Assembly (NCBI GenBank): GCA_964016885.1
Contig: OZ024742.1
Span: forward strand, 205,468,001 to 205,532,000
Source: Eledone cirrhosa
Taxonomy: Eukaryota
Direction: 5' to 3'
Length of the DNA: 64,000 bases
Shown: positions 59,877-64,000 of the stretch, in pieces
Layout of the letters: each line of letters opens with the position of its first letter
Numbering within the stretch: position 1 is the stretch's first letter
Notes under the pieces: model-generated
Told to the model about the DNA's origin: nothing
The model's input: only the letters and a program-made list of their open reading frames with translations
The model's database searches: none
Position numbers and translations under genes: made by a program

Positions 59877-60402
59877 TCAGAAATAAAAATACTGATAAGA
59901 TGGAGAGAATACCCTAGTCTTCCACAGATATTCTTTCTAGTGTTGGTGCCATAATGAAAAAATACCCAATACACATTCAATAGTATTTATAGTATTTGGT
60001 GATAGGAAAAGGGCATCCAATCAGTAAAACAAAACATGCCAAAAACATGTTAAACACAAGGATGACTAGTTTGCTGTCTAACCAAGGACCAAGATGAAGG
60101 GTGAAAGAGAGACACATCCAACTCATACCAACAAAATCAATAATCAATATTTCAATGCTTTTAAACCATAAATCCTCTATCACATATTTAAAACAATGTG
60201 CATATTTTTTCAATATTTATGAATTCCAGAACAAGAAATTGTTTGTTCTAAATCTGAAATTCTACTACACAATTAAAAAAATCCTGTTAAATAATACATT
60301 TTTCTTTTTAATTCATATAACAAAAATATTTAACTTCTATTAATAGTATTATGAAATTTTCCTTTAAAAAGAAAAAAAAGATATATAAAAAATAATTCTT
60401 AC

Positions 60403-60544
60403 TTTGCCATTTCCAAATCTGCCCTGAGTTTCTACATCTGTAATGACATATAATTCTCCTAAGTTAATTTGTAAATATTCATACGTATCCTTAGCGATTA
60501 CATTTTTTGGACACCAAGCTCCACCATTCTTCTCTGTGCGAATT
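60403..60544 (-). CDS. DDR: Internal exon of a discoidin domain receptor (DDR)-like gene, discoidin/F5-8 type C domain
   Basis: Polypyrimidine tract + CAG acceptor, GTAAGA donor, 142 bp; (R)IRTEKNGGAWCPK..YEYLQINL..VITDVETQGRFGNGK matches the invertebrate DDR motifs GGAWCP..TQGRFGNG. Confidence 0.85.
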
Positions 60545-61244
60545 CTGAAGAAAGAAAGAAAGAAAAATAGATAAATTGAACATTTCAAGGCAAAATAAAA
60601 ATGAAATGTAAAGGTGTAAAACAAAATTCTTTTGATTTATTTTGAGATATTCAGAAAGATATAAGACTATTCAAGCTAGTAAATCTGTGTCCTGACAAGA
60701 AACATTTGTTATGTATATGAATAGAATACAAGAATAAAATATTTCATGTTGCAAAGATTTGTGGGTTAAAATTCAATGCCTGACAGTAGTCTAGTGGATG
60801 AGAAAGAGGAAGACAAGCAATGAATTTCAGAAGATGATGGAAATAGAGTCAGTGATGAATGTTGTGAAGAGAAATGGTATGAGATGGTTGGGTCATGTGT
60901 TGAAGAAAGGTGAAAGTGACTAGATGAGAGGAACGGGAAATGAGGAAGGAAATCGAGGAAGAGAATACGAAGAAGGACATGGCTGGAAATGATGGAAGAA
61001 AAAATTAAAACCAAGGGGCAAACAGTAGAGTAAAGGGGAGAAACTTGTCATGGGGCTTTCAAGGCTATCCTTGCTTTGGTAGGGAAAATGGCCTGACGAA
61101 AAGAGCATGTAACTTGACTGTAGTGAGGGGATAAGGAGTAGGATAGACCTTCTACAAAGATGTCCTGAAATGACTACAGGTCCAGCAAAGGGCATTAAAG
61201 AAGATGGGTATTGCACCACAATAATGCAGTTGCTCAAATAGCAT

Positions 61245-61530
61245 TTTCAATTAGAGCATTTCTGGCAAAGAAAAACAATCCCACTCTTCCACATCCTCCC
61301 TATGGCTCAGGTGTAGCTGTGTGATTTCTACCTCTTCCCTAAGTTGAAATCGAAGTTGAAGGGTCAATATTTTGGGATTGTGTAAATAATACAAAAAATT
61401 GTAACTGATGAGCTGAGGACATTCACAGGAATTGACTTCCGGTATTGCTACGATCAATGGAAAAAAAAGGTTCGAACCACTGTGTAACTTCTCTAGGGGT
61501 TGTATTTTGAAGGAGATGACTTGTAATTTC
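61245..61530 (+). pseudogene. mariner transposase C-terminal remnant
   Basis: Frameshifted LPHPPY..CDFYLFPKLKSKLKG..W.KR..C..G.YFEG. Confidence 0.75.
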
Positions 61531-61541
61531 ATGTATGTCTA

Positions 61542-62385
61542 ATCATCATCATCATTTTACGTCCGCTTTTCCATGCTTGCAAGGGTGGGACGGGTCTTAT
61601 TCAGCACAGCATCTCTCCACTTGTCACGGACCTTCATCATCTCCACCGTGAGCTTCAATGATCTGAGATCTGTTCTCACCACCTCTGCCCATGCTTTTCG
61701 TGGTCTACCTCTACCACATCTTCCTTCAACTGGTATTTCCTGGCACTTCTTCCCCCATCGGTCATCCTCCATGCGCATCACATGTCCATACCACCTCAGT
61801 CTCCTCTCCCGTACATTACATTCTATCCCTCTCAGACAGTTTCTCTCTCAACACATCCATGCTGGGTCGTTCACGCACATTGACATTGCACATCCAGCGG
61901 AGCATGCTTGCCTCATTTCTCTCCAGCAGTCACGTATCCTCTGCAGTTGCTGCCCATGTCTCACTACCATGCAGCATCGCGCTCCTCACACAGGCATCAT
62001 ATAACCGGCCTTTCGTACCCAGGAAAAAACTCCTCTTCGTCAGCAGCGGAAGCAGCTCCCTAAACTTCTTCCAACCTGTCCGTATTCTAGATACTATGGC
62101 CTCAGAACACCCCCCTCCCATGCTAATCTGATCTCCTAGGTACCGGAAGCTATCCACCACTTCTATAGCACCCGCTTGCATTTGAAAAATGTGTCTATCA
62201 ATGCGACGTCTACTGTCTAATTTCCCTGTACATCTACTGCATACGCATTTCTCCCTACCTGTTAGTTTACCTGCTATCCCACTACATCTCTTGTGTACCC
62301 AGGATCTGCATTGTGTGCATTTTATAGAATTTATGCCAGTTCCTTTTCTGCATATCGAACATGGCCATTTCCCTGACGGAATCAC
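61542..62385 (-). mobile_element. RTE subfamily C 3' fragment
   Basis: Homologous to 45065-45900; (GAT)n tail. Confidence 0.92.
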
Positions 62386-63923
62386 ACTCAATTTTTTACA
62401 CAGCTTTCGTCTTTTATGCACATCACTTGACCATACCAATGTAATCTTCTCTCAAGTAAACAGCAGCTGATCCCTCTTATTTCTAATTTCTCACTTAGTT
62501 CATTTATGTTTAGCTGTTCGCGTATGTTACTATTACACATCCAACGGAGCATGCATGCTTTGTTCCTTTCCAGTCTGTGCAGGTCCTCTGCACACAATGC
62601 CCATGTCTCACTGCCATGTATCATTGCCGTTTGTATACAGGTATCATACAATCTGACTTTCATTTTTAGAGAAACCTTTTGTGGCCAACATTGGTATATG
62701 CTCTCTGAACTTTTTCCATCCTGTTCTAACACTGGCTACTGTACTTTCAGAGCACCCTCCACCACTGCTGATTTTGTCGCCCAGGTAACGGAAGGTGTCT
62801 ACTATTTCTATAGATCCATCTGGGTAGTTGAAGGAGATATAGTGGGTCCTTGCTACTTACTGCACCTGAGCATTGGCCACATATAAAATCTACATTCTTA
62901 GATAGCTTACCTGTGATCCCACTACATCTTTTATGAACCCATAGTTTGCATTTGGGACATAAAATGGAATTTCTACCTACACCTTTCCTACACACTAAGC
63001 ATGGCCATTTCCCAGAGGACACCTATACCCTATTTTCCTTTCTACATACTAGAACTTTAGTCTTAGACAAGTTAACTTTAAGGCCTTTTGATTTTAGGCC
63101 ATGCTTCCATGTTTGGAATTTCTTCTCTAGTTCAGCCATTGATTCAGCTATGAGAGTTAGATCATCTGTGTATAGAAGTTCCCATGGACAGCCTGCAGGG
63201 CAAAAATAAACAGGAGGGGGTTAAGGACAGGGCCTTGATGATCACCAACTTTTTCGCTATATTCATTGTTAATTCTAACCTTGCTGACTGTTTCTTTATA
63301 CATGGCTTGTATAGCTCTCACAAGCCATTCATCTACACCTAGTTTTCTAAGGCTCCACCAGATAATGGAGCGGGGGACTGTCAAAGGCTTTCTCCAAGTC
63401 AACAAAAGCTAAGTAGAGGGGTTTACTTTTAGCTAGGTACTTCTGTAGTTGTCGTACAAGGAAAAGAGCGCATGTGGTACTATTACCTGACACAAACCCA
63501 AACTGCATTTCATCTAGATCAATTCGCTCTCTGATTAGTTGCGCTATAACTCCTTCTGTGACCCTCATGACCTGGTCAACTAAATGCCTCTATAGTTTCC
63601 CCTATCTAGAGCATCTCTTTTACCCTTGTAGCAGTTAATGATGATGCTGCTACGCCAGTCATTTGGTATGACCCCATTCTGTATTACTGGGTTTACTATC
63701 CGGATGACCATAGTATGCCACACCATTCCAGATGCTTTCAACATCTTAGCAACTATCTCCGAAGGCCCAGCTGCCTTGCCTGTCTTCATATATTTGATTG
63801 CCTTACTTATTATACTACCATTAACTTGCACCGCTGGTTCCTCTATTGGATCGATTTGGGGCAGACTATCTTTTTCCCATTTATTCTCCTCATTTAGTAG
63901 TCTCTCGTAGTGACACATTTAAG

Positions 63924-63924
<1 letters not shown>
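62386..63924 (-). mobile_element. Decayed RTE (B-related) RT region
   Basis: Multiple frameshifted RT pieces homologous to 29670-31260. Confidence 0.9.
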
Positions 63925-63968
<44 letters not shown>

Positions 63969-64000
63969 AATATGTATATATATATATGTATCAAGGAAAA

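Overview
AT-rich animal genomic DNA, most likely cephalopod (Octopus-like; inferred from the SINE, RTE and Helitron repertoire and the extreme (AT)n content). Bases 1-~48,260 are a nest of long, strand-polarised (TA)n-derived microsatellite arrays packed with insertions. These comprise: a near-complete Penelope-like element (RT + GIY-YIG, one frameshift in a C8 run) plus PLE remnants; at least 12 5'-truncated RTE-clade LINE copies of three subfamilies, with a PHD-type finger inside the RT; a CR1-group fragment; tRNA-derived SINEs; non-autonomous Helitrons; and a MITE. The main hidden feature is a cluster of about 13 type-I hammerhead ribozymes plus 2 partial cores, from 8-9 unrelated sequence families. 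All were identified by eye from CUGANGA/GAAA cores and complementary stems. The cluster includes variants with ~80-105 nt stem II arms, a CCGAAGA core, and same-strand pairs of different ribozymes in non-coding fold-back elements (retrozyme-like). Bases ~48,260-64,000 look like ordinary intronic DNA with old repeats and one 142-bp exon of a discoidin-domain-receptor (DDR)-like gene on the minus strand, so the whole nest may lie in one giant intron. The long Tyr/Ile ORFs are microsatellite artefacts.
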